Notes under the pieces: model-generated
Told to the model about the DNA's origin: nothing
Databases searched by the model: none
What the model saw: only the letters and a program-made list of their open reading frames with translations
Shown: positions 9,416 through 20,600 of the stretch, in pieces
Layout: each line of letters opens with the position of its first letter
Position numbering within the stretch: position 1 is the stretch's first letter
Translations under genes and position numbers: made by a program
From: Candidatus Magasanikbacteria bacterium RIFCSPHIGHO2_02_FULL_48_18
GTDB taxonomy: Bacteria > Patescibacteriota > Patescibacteriia > Magasanikbacterales > UBA922
Direction of reading: 5' to 3'
NCBI GenBank assembly: GCA_001784285.1
Contig: MFQC01000003.1
Coordinates: forward strand, 18,151-82,150
Length of the DNA stretch: 64,000 bases

Positions 9416-10930
9416 ATGTCAACACACAGCATTGTCGAAGAACTCAAAAAACATATTGACGCATTTCAAAAAGACGTGTCTGTTGAGGAAGTTGGCGCGG
9501 TGTTAGAGGTGGGCGATGGCATTGCCCGCCTTTCCGGATTGTCAAAATGTCAGGCGCAGGAAATGATTGCATTTCCGGGCGGCGTCTTTGGCGTGGCGTT
9601 GAACTTAGAAGAAGAAACTATCGGCGCCATCATTCTCGGCGAATCCAACCATATTAAGCAAGGAGACACGGTCAAGCGAACCGGGAGAATTTTGTCTGTG
9701 CCGGTTGGCGACCACATAGTTGGTCGCGTGGTCAACGCCTTGGGCCAGCCGATTGATGGAAAGGGCGATATCAGCACAAAGAAATTTTACCCTCTTGAAC
9801 GCATTGCCCCGGGGGTTATGAGTCGAGAGCCGGTGCATGAACCGGTCCAAACCGGCATAAAAGCTATTGACGCGATGATTCCCATTGGCCGCGGCCAGCG
9901 CGAATTGATTATTGGCGATCGTCAAACAGGCAAGACTGCTGTGGCGATCGACACCATCATCAATCAAAAAGGCCAAAACCACGCCAAAGGCGGGCGAGGC
10001 ATGAAATGCATTTATGTGGCGGTGGGACAAAAAGAATCCAAGATTGCCCGTATCAAGGCAAAATTGGAAGAAGCCGGGGCCATGGAATATACCATTCTTG
10101 TTGTTGCCGGCGCTTCTGACCCTGCATCTATGAGCTATCTTGCGCCATATGCCGGGGTTGCTATGGCAGAATATTTTGCGGATAAGGGTGAAGACGTGCT
10201 TATTGTGTATGACGATTTGACCAAGCAGGCATGGGCCTATCGTGAAATTTCGCTGTTGTTGCGCAGGCCGCCCGGACGCGAAGCATACCCGGGAGATGTA
10301 TTTTATTTGCATTCTCGTCTCTTGGAACGCGCCTGCAAACTCAATGAAAAAAATGGCGGCGGGTCCATTACGGCATTGCCCATTATTGAAACGCAAGCAG
10401 GCGATGTCTCTGCGTATATTCCCACCAATGTCATTTCCATCACCGATGGACAAATTTTTCTTGAGACCGATTTGTTTTATCGTGGCATTCGGCCGGCGCT
10501 CAATATCGGCATCTCCGTTTCCCGTGTCGGCGGCGCCGCACAGCTCAAGCCCATGAAGAAAGTTTCAGGAAAAATAAAATTGGCAATGGCGCAATTTCGA
10601 GAGTTGGAAGCATTTGCGCAGTTTGCGAGCGATCTTGACCCGGAAACAAAAAAACAAATTGATCGCGGACAGCGGCTGACTGAACTCTTTAAACAGGGCC
10701 AATACGAACCGATGGCTGTGGAGCATCAAGTGGCAGTCATCGCGGCGGCAAATAACGGATTATTTGATGCAGTAAAGGTGGAAGATGTGCCTCGCACAGA
10801 GAAAAAGTATTGTGCGTTTGTGGAAAAAACAAGGAGATCGGTTCTTGATGCCATTCAACAAGGAGAATGGACCGATGATATTGAATCAGCTTTAAAAGAC
10901 AGCGTGAAAGCATTTCAATCGGCGTTATAA
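9416..10930 (+). CDS. atpA: F0F1 ATP synthase subunit alpha
   Basis: Walker [10 protein letters not shown] and overall alpha-subunit sequence. Track ORF 9335 overlaps atpH, so the in-frame ATG at 9416 ([10 protein letters not shown]) was chosen. Confidence 0.95.
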   Translation: MSTHSIVEELKKHIDAFQKDVSVEEVGAVLEVGDGIARLSGLSKCQAQEMIAFPGGVFGVALNLEEETIGAIILGESNHIKQGDTVKRTGRILSVPVGDHIVGRVVNALGQPIDGKGDISTKKFYPLERIAPGVMSREPVHEPVQTGIKAIDAMIPIGRGQRELIIGDRQTGKTAVAIDTIINQKGQNHAKGGRGMKCIYVAVGQKESKIARIKAKLEEAGAMEYTILVVAGASDPASMSYLAPYAGVAMAEYFADKGEDVLIVYDDLTKQAWAYREISLLLRRPPGREAYPGDVFYLHSRLLERACKLNEKNGGGSITALPIIETQAGDVSAYIPTNVISITDGQIFLETDLFYRGIRPALNIGISVSRVGGAAQLKPMKKVSGKIKLAMAQFRELEAFAQFASDLDPETKKQIDRGQRLTELFKQGQYEPMAVEHQVAVIAAANNGLFDAVKVEDVPRTEKKYCAFVEKTRRSVLDAIQQGEWTDDIESALKDSVKAFQSAL

Positions 10931-10933
10931 TGT

Positions 10934-11920
10934 ATGGCAGTAAACACCAAAATTATTAAACGGCGCATTCGTTCCGTGTCCAACACCAAAAAGATTACGA
11001 AGGCCATGGAAATGGTTGCCGCCGCCAAAATGAGAAAAGCGGTGGAGGCGGCTTTGAATACACGAACCTACGCCCAAATGGCGCGGGATTTGTTGGTGAA
11101 ATTGTCGCAGTCCGCAAAAATGCATCTTCCGCTTTTGGCCGTACGCCCGGTGAAAAAATTGCTTGTCGTCTTGATCACATCGAATCGGGGACTCTGCGGC
11201 AGTTTCAACAGCATGATTATAAAGAAAACGGCGCAAGAATTGGCAGATCCAAAAAATATCAGTCGTCAGAGAATACAACATAGCCATGCCCTGGAGCCGA
11301 GTGGAGATATAGCGTGTGATGTCATTGGTATCGGCAAAAAAGGATCTGATTTTGCAAAAAAAATGGGGTACCGACTGGTTGCTTCGTATAGTCAATTTTC
11401 CGATACGCCGAACTTGGATGATGTATTGCCAATCGCGAGTCTGATTATTGATGCATATACGAAAAAGCAATATGATAAGGTCGTTGTTGCCTACACCGAC
11501 TATAAATCCCCCATATTGCAAGTTGCAAAATTGCGCCAGGTATTGCCGATTTCAGAGTATGATCTTGAAAAAATGTTTTTGGAGCTTGGTCGGGGTTCTG
11601 CTTCGTCCGAAGAGTCGCATCCGGCAGATACAAATATTCAAAAGAGCGAACACGCGCCAGTTGAATATCTGTTTGAACCGGATAAGGAAAACGTGCTTCG
11701 CACGATTTTGCCTCGATTGGTGGAGACACAAATATATCAGGCGGTTCTTGAGTCTGCCGCGAGTGAGCATAGCGCCCGCATGCTTGCCATGAGAAATGCC
11801 AGCGACGCGGCCGGAGATATGATTGATGAGCTAACCCTTACCTTTAACAAAGCGCGCCAGGCCGGTATTACGCAGGAAATTGCGGAAATTGCGTCCGGTG
11901 CGGCCGCATCGAGTTCGTAG
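10934..11920 (+). CDS. atpG: F0F1 ATP synthase subunit gamma
   Basis: N-terminus IKRRIRSVSNTKKITKAMEMVAAAKMRKA and C-terminal ITQEIAEIASGA are gamma-subunit signatures. Confidence 0.9.
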   Translation: MAVNTKIIKRRIRSVSNTKKITKAMEMVAAAKMRKAVEAALNTRTYAQMARDLLVKLSQSAKMHLPLLAVRPVKKLLVVLITSNRGLCGSFNSMIIKKTAQELADPKNISRQRIQHSHALEPSGDIACDVIGIGKKGSDFAKKMGYRLVASYSQFSDTPNLDDVLPIASLIIDAYTKKQYDKVVVAYTDYKSPILQVAKLRQVLPISEYDLEKMFLELGRGSASSEESHPADTNIQKSEHAPVEYLFEPDKENVLRTILPRLVETQIYQAVLESAASEHSARMLAMRNASDAAGDMIDELTLTFNKARQAGITQEIAEIASGAAASSS

Positions 11921-11957
11921 TTCGGGGTTTTGAGTTCATAGATTCGCTCAACGATGA

Positions 11958-13358
<1,401 letters not shown>

Positions 13359-13359
13359 T

Positions 13360-13764
13360 ATGAAATTTTGCATTGCAACTCCTGAAAAAGTGATTTACGA
13401 GGATGATGTCCTGAGCGTCTCTCTTCCTACAATGAGCGGAGAAATTACCATTCTTCCTCACCATATTCCTTTGGTTTCGGTTATCGCCCCGGGAGAGTTG
13501 CGATTGAACGACCGCGAAGGCAATCACATGTTTGCCGTTTGGGGCGGATGTGTTGAGGTAGCGGGGGATACGGTCACTATCCTTGCGGATAATGCTGAAC
13601 GAGCGCAAGAGATTGACATTGAACGCGCGGAAGAAGCGCGAAAGCGGGCAGAAAAAGAAATGCGCGAGACAAAAAATCGCCAGGATGTGGATTTTGCTAA
13701 GTTGCAGGCGATTATTGACCGTGAAATGAATAGGATTCGAGTAGGGAAAAAGTATCGAAAGTAA
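13360..13764 (+). CDS. atpC: F0F1 ATP synthase subunit epsilon
   Basis: N-terminal beta-sandwich sequence (ATPEKVIYEDDV...LPHHIPLVS) plus C-terminal helical hairpin. Last gene of the operon. Confidence 0.85.
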   Translation: MKFCIATPEKVIYEDDVLSVSLPTMSGEITILPHHIPLVSVIAPGELRLNDREGNHMFAVWGGCVEVAGDTVTILADNAERAQEIDIERAEEARKRAEKEMRETKNRQDVDFAKLQAIIDREMNRIRVGKKYRK

Positions 13765-13787
13765 AAAATAAATAATATCCTTGAAAC

Positions 13788-13822
13788 AAAAAATCCTGGG
13801 CAGAGTATGCACAGGATTGTTT
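13788..13822. terminator. Bidirectional rho-independent terminator between convergent atpC and permease genes
   Basis: aaaaAATCCTGggcagagtatgcaCAGGATTgttt, a 7-bp stem flanked by an A-run and a T-run. Confidence 0.5.
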
Positions 13823-13849
13823 AGTTTCATCAAATGTGAACGTCTGGGA

Positions 13850-15124
13850 TTAGATAAGATATCGGAAGTACACATAGATGGTGCACAACACAAGCCCGAC
13901 GAATGTAATCGGCATCGCGACTTTCATATATTCCATAAAGCCAATGCGTTGGTTTTGTTTTTCCGCCATACCGCTCACAATGACATTTGCGGATGCGCCC
14001 ACAATGGTCGCATTTCCTCCAATATCCGCGCCAAGCGCGAGCGCCCACCACAGTGGAGCAAGGCCAATTCCTGTAAGGGCGCCGATTTCCTGCACCAATG
14101 GTATCATGGTCGCAACATAGGGGATATTGTCAATCACTGCCGAAAATATGGCAGACCCCCACAGAATAGACAAGGTCATCACTGTTTCGTTTCCTCCGGT
14201 GTAGGCCAGCAATTTTTCGGCCATGATGTTGATGGCCCCCACATGTTCGAGTCCTGTCACCAGAACAAATAATCCCACAAAGAAGAAAATTGTTGTCCAC
14301 TCCACTTCTCGGAGGTGTTCTTCCGGATCGTTGAGGGTGAGGAGCAGGAGGAGCGCCGCCCCGGACAACGCAATCGTCGCGCCTTCAATATGCGTGGTGT
14401 TGTGGGTGATAAATCCAACAAGGACGAGTCCAAGAACAATGAGTGATTTTATTAGGAGTCGCTTATCAGTGATGGTTTCTCTCGGGTTGAATTTCATAAT
14501 TTTTTCAGCCGCTTCTTTTGAGGATATTAATTCTCTGCGGTACCAAAAAACCAATAATCCAATAGTGACACATCCAACCAAAAAGGCAATCGGCGCCAAA
14601 TGGACTAAAAAGTCATTAAAAGTCAAGCCAGAGGCGCTTCCGATAAGAATGTTGGGCGGGTCGCCGATAAGCGTCGCTGTGCCGCCAATGTTGGCAAGAA
14701 GGATTTCTGCAATGAGAATTGGTTTGGGATTGATGTTGAGATTGTTTGCAATCACAAAAGACACGGGAACAAGTAAAAGCACCGTGGTCACGTTATCCAA
14801 AAACGCGGAGAACGTTGCGGTGATAATACCAAGGAGGATAAAGATGGGCAGTGTTTTCCCTTTCCCCAATTTTGCGGCAGTGATCGCGACATATTGGAAT
14901 AGCCCTGAATCCTTGGCTATTCCGACAATAACCATCATACCAATAAGAAGACCGAGCGTATTGAAATCAATGCCCTCAATGGCCTGCTCTTGGTTGATAA
15001 TACCTACAATGACCATGGTCATTGCCCCGGCAAGCGCGATAATGGTTCGGTGAATTTTTTCAGAGATGATGATCGCATATGTCCCGACAAAAAGACCAAT
15101 GGCGATCAAAAATTGTATTTCCAT
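13850..15124 (-). CDS. ArsB/NhaD-superfamily (SLC13/CitMHS-like) anion/cation permease
   Basis: 424-aa polytopic protein with duplicated hairpin regions (GDPPNILIG, LGADIGGNATIVGASANV) typical of the ArsB/NhaD permease fold. Confidence 0.8.
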   Translation of the reverse strand: MEIQFLIAIGLFVGTYAIIISEKIHRTIIALAGAMTMVIVGIINQEQAIEGIDFNTLGLLIGMMVIVGIAKDSGLFQYVAITAAKLGKGKTLPIFILLGIITATFSAFLDNVTTVLLLVPVSFVIANNLNINPKPILIAEILLANIGGTATLIGDPPNILIGSASGLTFNDFLVHLAPIAFLVGCVTIGLLVFWYRRELISSKEAAEKIMKFNPRETITDKRLLIKSLIVLGLVLVGFITHNTTHIEGATIALSGAALLLLLTLNDPEEHLREVEWTTIFFFVGLFVLVTGLEHVGAINIMAEKLLAYTGGNETVMTLSILWGSAIFSAVIDNIPYVATMIPLVQEIGALTGIGLAPLWWALALGADIGGNATIVGASANVIVSGMAEKQNQRIGFMEYMKVAMPITFVGLVLCTIYVYFRYLI

Positions 15125-15139
15125 AGCAAATTTATCCGA

Positions 15140-15613
15140 TTAATCATGAATACCGAGGACATCGCCCATGGCATGTTTTATATCCGTTCGGTTGATATAT
15201 CCAATAAGCGTTCCTTCATTATTGATAACGGGAAGCTGGCGGATTTTAAATTCTGACAAAAGGGTTGCCGCTTCCATAATCGAAGCCTTTGCGTGAATGG
15301 AATGGACATGGCTGGTAACAAATTTTGTGATTGGGTCATTTTGGATTTCTACTATACGTTTCATAAACACGTCAGCAGATTCAAATGCCGCCAAATGTTT
15401 GTCCTTTTCCAAATAATCCGGAACGAGGTATTCAATGAGGTCCCAGGATGAGAGCATTCCTTTGACTTTTTTTTGTTGGTTCACCACCACCGCTCCATTG
15501 GTATGATGTTGGATCATGGTCTCAAGCGCATCACGAAACGTGGCATGTTCGTCAACCGTCACAACCGTGTCGCGCATATAATCTGAGACAAGACAGGTCT
15601 TTTTTATGTCCAT
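15140..15613 (-). CDS. Tandem CBS-domain protein (probable regulator of the downstream permease)
   Basis: Two CBS motifs (DYMRDTVVTVDEHATFRDALETM, VTSHVHSIHAKASIMEAATLLSEFKIRQLPV). Start taken at ATG 15613 (MDIKK). Ends 16 nt before the permease start. Confidence 0.75.
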   Translation of the reverse strand: MDIKKTCLVSDYMRDTVVTVDEHATFRDALETMIQHHTNGAVVVNQQKKVKGMLSSWDLIEYLVPDYLEKDKHLAAFESADVFMKRIVEIQNDPITKFVTSHVHSIHAKASIMEAATLLSEFKIRQLPVINNEGTLIGYINRTDIKHAMGDVLGIHD

Positions 15614-15823
15614 ACTGCATGGATTAAAGAGTAAAAAATATGAAAGAATTGCAATAGTATACTCTTCCAAAGAAGAGGAGTCAATGTGGGTAAAATTTTT
15701 CAGTGCATATCTTTTTAAAAGGGGGGGAAGTCTTTGTCTGTAACAATTTTTTGGCTCAACCGTCTACTTTATGCGACCCTCTCTCAAAGAAGGGCGTATT
15801 CTGTATACAAGGCGGGTATTGAT

Positions 15824-17587
15824 ATGGATCGAATCACCAAAAAAACGTTTTCAATCTATTGGGCCCACGTTCGGAAATATCGGTGGCTGTTTTTTGTTAT
15901 TTTGTTCACTCGCATCGCCTGGACGGCTGTTGACGTCGTTATTCCTTTGTTTTTTAAGGAATTTTTTGATCTGTTGTCCGATGCTTCAATATCGGTTGTA
16001 GAAGTTGCCAACCAACTCTTTGCTATTTTAGGGTGGATCGCGGTTTTGTTTGCCGTGTACTGGGTGTTGGAACGCATCACGGGATTTTCGAACAATTATT
16101 TTCAGCCCACCGTTATTCGCGATTTATACCACACATGCTTTGACTATCTTCATCGGCATTCTTTCGGTTTTTTCCAAAGCAATTTTGTGGGTTCTCTCGT
16201 GCGGCGGGTGAATAAATTCACGCGCAGTTTTGAAAACATGGCCGACCGGCTGATATGGAATGGCGTCATGCTTATTACCACCATTACCTTGATTACCGCC
16301 GTGCTTTTGTATACTCACCGCCTGCTTGGGCTCATTGTTCTTTTGTGGACAATTTCTTTTTTGGCTGTGAATTTTTTTATCAGCAAGTATAAGTTTCGGT
16401 ATGATACCATTCGCAGTGAAGCAGAAAGCAGGGCAACCGGTTTTTTGGCCGATTCCATTACCAATAACGCCAATATCAAACTTTTTGGCGGTCTTGAGCG
16501 CGAAAAAACGAGTTTTTGGGATGTCAACCAAATTGTTCGGAAATGGCGCATGTTTACATGGAATTTGGACGTGGCATTTGAAGGTATCCAGGGTTTACTC
16601 ATGATGGGCCTTGAACTTTCCGCATTTTATATTGGCATTGTGTTGTGGCAAAAAGGACAATTTACTATTGGCGATTTTGTGTTGATCCAGTCATATCTCC
16701 TTATGATTTTTCATCGCGTGTGGGACTTTGGAAAGATGATCCGATATTTTTTTGAAGATATCGCCGATGCAAAAGAAATGACCGAAATTCTCGACATGCC
16801 CCATGAAATTGCCTCGGCCAAGAGCGCAAAAGCGCTTTCTGTTCTCGGGGGAGCGGTCCGGTTTGATCATGTTTTTTTTCATTACCACAAAACACGCTCT
16901 ATTCTCAAGGATTTGTGTTTGGATATTCATGCGGGGGAGCGCGTTGCGTTGGTCGGTCCGTCGGGCGCAGGAAAATCAACCGTTATCAAATTGCTGTTAC
17001 GCCAGCATGATGTGACGCGAGGAAGAATTTTGGTTGATGACCAACATATTACCAAAGTAACATTGGAGAGCTTGTGGGATAATATCAGTCTCGTTCCGCA
17101 GGATCCATTGTTATTTCACCGAACGCTCAAAGAAAATATTCGATATGGAAAGCCGGATGCCACCGAAGAAGAGGTCATCCTCGCCGCGCGATTGGCGCAT
17201 TGCCATGAATTTATTACTGAATTTTCCGACGGCTACGACACCTATGTGGGAGAACGCGGAGTAAAATTATCCGGAGGAGAGAGACAGCGCGTTGCGATTG
17301 CGCGAGCGATTTTGCGAAACGCGCCCATTTTAATTCTCGATGAAGCCACCTCAAGTTTGGATTCTGAATCAGAAAAGCTTATTCAAGATGCGTTGGTTTC
17401 GCTCATGAAAGGGAAGACGGTCGCAGTAATTGCGCATCGGTTGTCGACCATTATGAAAATGGATCGCATTATTGTGATTGATAAGGGAAAAATTGTAGAA
17501 GAAGGGACTCATGCGCAATTGTTGAGAAAGAAAAAAAGCGTCTATAAACGCTTGTGGAATATTCAATCAGGGGGTTTTATTGAATAA
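15824..17587 (+). CDS. ABC exporter, fused permease/ATPase (MsbA/type I exporter family)
   Basis: N-terminal 6-TM domain. Walker A GPSGAGKST, signature LSGGERQRVAIARAIL and Walker B ILILDEATS. In-frame ATG 15824 chosen over TTG 15734. Confidence 0.85.
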   Translation: MDRITKKTFSIYWAHVRKYRWLFFVILFTRIAWTAVDVVIPLFFKEFFDLLSDASISVVEVANQLFAILGWIAVLFAVYWVLERITGFSNNYFQPTVIRDLYHTCFDYLHRHSFGFFQSNFVGSLVRRVNKFTRSFENMADRLIWNGVMLITTITLITAVLLYTHRLLGLIVLLWTISFLAVNFFISKYKFRYDTIRSEAESRATGFLADSITNNANIKLFGGLEREKTSFWDVNQIVRKWRMFTWNLDVAFEGIQGLLMMGLELSAFYIGIVLWQKGQFTIGDFVLIQSYLLMIFHRVWDFGKMIRYFFEDIADAKEMTEILDMPHEIASAKSAKALSVLGGAVRFDHVFFHYHKTRSILKDLCLDIHAGERVALVGPSGAGKSTVIKLLLRQHDVTRGRILVDDQHITKVTLESLWDNISLVPQDPLLFHRTLKENIRYGKPDATEEEVILAARLAHCHEFITEFSDGYDTYVGERGVKLSGGERQRVAIARAILRNAPILILDEATSSLDSESEKLIQDALVSLMKGKTVAVIAHRLSTIMKMDRIIVIDKGKIVEEGTHAQLLRKKKSVYKRLWNIQSGGFIE

Positions 17588-17663
17588 AGAAGCTCACCAT
17601 GGTATTCTTATCTCTAGTCTTTACTATTGCGTCTCCATAAGGCGGCGTGAAGCACCTCTTTCC

Positions 17664-19622
17664 ATGAGACGAATTTTCTCCTTTCGATTTTTTTTGTTTT
17701 TTTTAAGTATTTTTGCCCTTCAGGGAGGGTATTTCTTTTTTTATTACCGTGCGTTGTCCCTGTCATTTTCTTTTACTTCCCTTGCGTTCCTTTTCTTTTT
17801 TTCATTGGGCCTGTCATTTTTAGTCGCGCTTCATTCGTCTCTTTTTTGGCGTGCAACGGTCTGCCTCTTGTTTGGAGGATTTTTGCTCTACAGTTTGATC
17901 AATTTTGGCCACGCATCCGTATTTCACGCGTTTACCGCGTCTCATTCGCAGGGAAGTATTGCGCCGGCAGGAACGCTCGCGTCTTTTGTGGCAGAGTATT
18001 ATCGGCTGATCCCGCTGTGGCTTTATGCCGCCGCTATTGTGTTGTTTTTGTTTTTTATTTTTGTCGTCTTTTTTTACACTCAAAAAACAAAGTCCGGGCC
18101 TGTCTTTTTTCATGGTGTTCCTGTGCAAAAAAAACATGCGGTTGCCGCGTTTGGGGGTATTGCCTTTTTGTTTTTTTTGAGCCAGGCGTTCGCGTTTGTA
18201 TTGATCGGCCACTTCCATCGTTTTCCAGATTCTGACTGGTGGAATCAGATTGTCTATATGAGCGCCAAGGGATTGCCCGGGCATATGTACGATATGATCT
18301 ATTCGGATTTTTTTAGTCGCGATCATTTGTATCAGGTGGCGCAGGCAAAAACATCGGAGAGCATGGCCAGCCCTTCTTCGTCTGTGTCTTTCGATTCCGA
18401 TCCTGGGCTCCCGACAACTCTTGAAAAAATACGGGCAGACCAAACACAATTGTTTCATCTTGCGGCAGGTCCTATCCAACAATCGGTCGTCCCCCCGGCA
18501 TTCGGTCAGCCGCCGCATATTCTTATTTTTCAACTGGAATCCATTCCTTCCTGGGCCATAGAGCAAACGCCGAGTGTCATGCCTTTTTTGTCTGAGACAA
18601 TAAAACACGGTATCACCGTATCCGATTTTTATGCAACCGGGTGCCATACGATTGACGCGGAATTTGTCGGTTTGTGCGGCGTTTATCCGGATTCTCGCGA
18701 AGGGACAACGGCACAAGAAACCAATTATTCCTGTCTTCCGGCACTGCTCAAAGAGCGCTATGGGTATGCAACCCGCATGTTTCATTCCAATATTTCCGCT
18801 TTTTGGAATCGCGATGTGCTTGCACCGGCATGGGGGTTTGATGAATTGTTTTTTGTGCCGTATTTTCGTGACCGAGAACCGGATAATCTCGTTCTTGATG
18901 ATGCCCTCGACCGAATGGCGGCATCCGATACGCCGGTTTTGAGCTATGTGATGAGCTACACATCCCACACGCCGCATGAGCCGTCAATGGTCGAATTATT
19001 TCAAAAGGCCTATGGTTTGCAGATTCGTTCTTTCGACGGGCCGGTTGAACCGTCTCTTATTGAAGAGTCGGAATTGGACGAGTACGCTCTCCGTTTTTAT
19101 CTTGGATTTTTGAATCCGGTCGATACCGCGATTGCAGAATTGTTTGACGGATTAAAAAAACGAAATCTTTTGGATAACACAATCGTGGTTATCTACGGAG
19201 ATCATCGGTATTATAATTTTCCACGGCCAACCCTGGAAAATTATTATCGTTACAATCGCATTCCTTTTGTCTTGTCGGTTCCCGGCATGCCTGAGGGAGT
19301 TGTCCAGGATATTGCAAGCCACATTGATATTGCGCCAACCCTTCTTCAACTCGTTGAAGGAGCATCATTTGACCCGCCGGAAACATTTTTGGGGACCAGC
19401 CTTTTTTCAGAGCGGCACCCAAACAATGCCGTCACCAAATGTCTGGGAGGGATCAATTTTATCAATCGTGATGGCATTGTTCATGGAACTGTTCCGCCCT
19501 ATGCCTTTACATTCTGGTATGGCTTTCGTCCGCTCGACCCTTTGGTGAAGGATGCATATACCGAAACCGTGATGCGGCTCGTGAATGATACGGACATCTT
19601 TTGGGAAGAACGGCAGCCTTGA
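17664..19622 (+). CDS. LTA synthase/sulfatase-family (phosphoglycerol transferase-like) membrane protein
   Basis: N-terminal multi-TM region followed by an alkaline-phosphatase-superfamily extracellular domain (YGDHRYY metal/active-site region, SHIDIAPT). ATG 17664 chosen. Confidence 0.75.
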   Translation: MRRIFSFRFFLFFLSIFALQGGYFFFYYRALSLSFSFTSLAFLFFFSLGLSFLVALHSSLFWRATVCLLFGGFLLYSLINFGHASVFHAFTASHSQGSIAPAGTLASFVAEYYRLIPLWLYAAAIVLFLFFIFVVFFYTQKTKSGPVFFHGVPVQKKHAVAAFGGIAFLFFLSQAFAFVLIGHFHRFPDSDWWNQIVYMSAKGLPGHMYDMIYSDFFSRDHLYQVAQAKTSESMASPSSSVSFDSDPGLPTTLEKIRADQTQLFHLAAGPIQQSVVPPAFGQPPHILIFQLESIPSWAIEQTPSVMPFLSETIKHGITVSDFYATGCHTIDAEFVGLCGVYPDSREGTTAQETNYSCLPALLKERYGYATRMFHSNISAFWNRDVLAPAWGFDELFFVPYFRDREPDNLVLDDALDRMAASDTPVLSYVMSYTSHTPHEPSMVELFQKAYGLQIRSFDGPVEPSLIEESELDEYALRFYLGFLNPVDTAIAELFDGLKKRNLLDNTIVVIYGDHRYYNFPRPTLENYYRYNRIPFVLSVPGMPEGVVQDIASHIDIAPTLLQLVEGASFDPPETFLGTSLFSERHPNNAVTKCLGGINFINRDGIVHGTVPPYAFTFWYGFRPLDPLVKDAYTETVMRLVNDTDIFWEERQP

Positions 19623-19751
19623 TTTTTGTTTTGGACGTTTCGTCATATTGGACAGAGCACCTTTTTTTCGGTATACTTGGATCCGTCATTTATTCGTCTG
19701 CGTCCCGCCATATGGCACTCCGGCCTATATGTTTTGTGAGTATTTTTTTTT

Positions 19752-20528
19752 ATGAATCCAATAAATAAAAAAGAACGAAATGATCTTCGTATTTTTTACA
19801 TGCAGATGAGAAAAGACAAGGCCACGCAAGAGGAAGAGTTGGCGGGCTTTGCCCGTATGATGGATCTCACAAAGGAACAATTTTTGGTTTGGAACGTATT
19901 TGAACAACCCTTTTTTGATGTAGGCCAAATCAACGCGTGCGACGCTCTTATCGCCGGAGGATCGAGTGACGACCCGGAGAAAGCGACGATATTGGACCCA
20001 AACGAATATCCGTGGATTGCAAATGCAAAAAAATTGGTCCGCCATTGTTTTGAACAATCTGTCCCAACCTTTGTGTCGTGCATGGGTTTTTTGGTTTCAC
20101 TCGAGGCGCTTGAAGGAAGGATTATTCTCGATAAGGAACACATGGAGGAAGGATATTATCCTACTCATCTTACCGACGCCGCTCGGCGAGACCCGCTTTT
20201 TCGGGGACTGCCGCCTTCTTTTATGGTGATTTCATTTCATAAAAAGCGCGCCGATGGCCTCCCGCCGGGATGCGTGCTGTTGGCATATTCCGATTTATGC
20301 CCGGTTCACGCCTTTCAAGGTGTGGGAAAGCCGTTTTATGCCTTTCAATTTCATCCGGAATTGGATCGTACAGACCTCATATCAAAATTGGAGCGATATA
20401 TTACCCGTTATTTTGATGACGAAAAATCCAAAAATGTGCTTCAGCATATTATTGATACCTGCCCGGAAACGCCGGAATCAAACAAGTTGGCCCGGAATTT
20501 TATTGATTTTGTTGTTCTTGGAAAATAG
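19752..20528 (+). CDS. Class I glutamine amidotransferase-like protein
   Basis: GATase1 fold signature: catalytic Cys region VSCMGF and FQFHPE His/Glu motif. Confidence 0.75.
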   Translation: MNPINKKERNDLRIFYMQMRKDKATQEEELAGFARMMDLTKEQFLVWNVFEQPFFDVGQINACDALIAGGSSDDPEKATILDPNEYPWIANAKKLVRHCFEQSVPTFVSCMGFLVSLEALEGRIILDKEHMEEGYYPTHLTDAARRDPLFRGLPPSFMVISFHKKRADGLPPGCVLLAYSDLCPVHAFQGVGKPFYAFQFHPELDRTDLISKLERYITRYFDDEKSKNVLQHIIDTCPETPESNKLARNFIDFVVLGK

Positions 20529-20600
20529 ACGTCGCATACGATGCCGTGCTTGGGGTACGAGCCTTCCAACTGTGACGGGCGTCTGACGTCTCAGGTCTCT

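Noticed and set aside
9605-10453. Long antisense ORFs inside conserved genes. Examples: 9605..10453 (-) in atpA, 10925..11521 (-) in atpG, 7226..7912 (-) in atpB, 13781..14272 and 14223..15053 (+) in the permease, 17820..18977 (-) in the sulfatase, 35329..36060 (+) in rny, 37328..38104 (+) in truB, 41304..42047 (-) in infB, 48039..48734 (-) in leuS.
   Set aside because: They lie opposite strongly conserved, recognisable proteins and have low-complexity, Arg/Cys/His-rich translations with no family resemblance. They are typical shadow ORFs.
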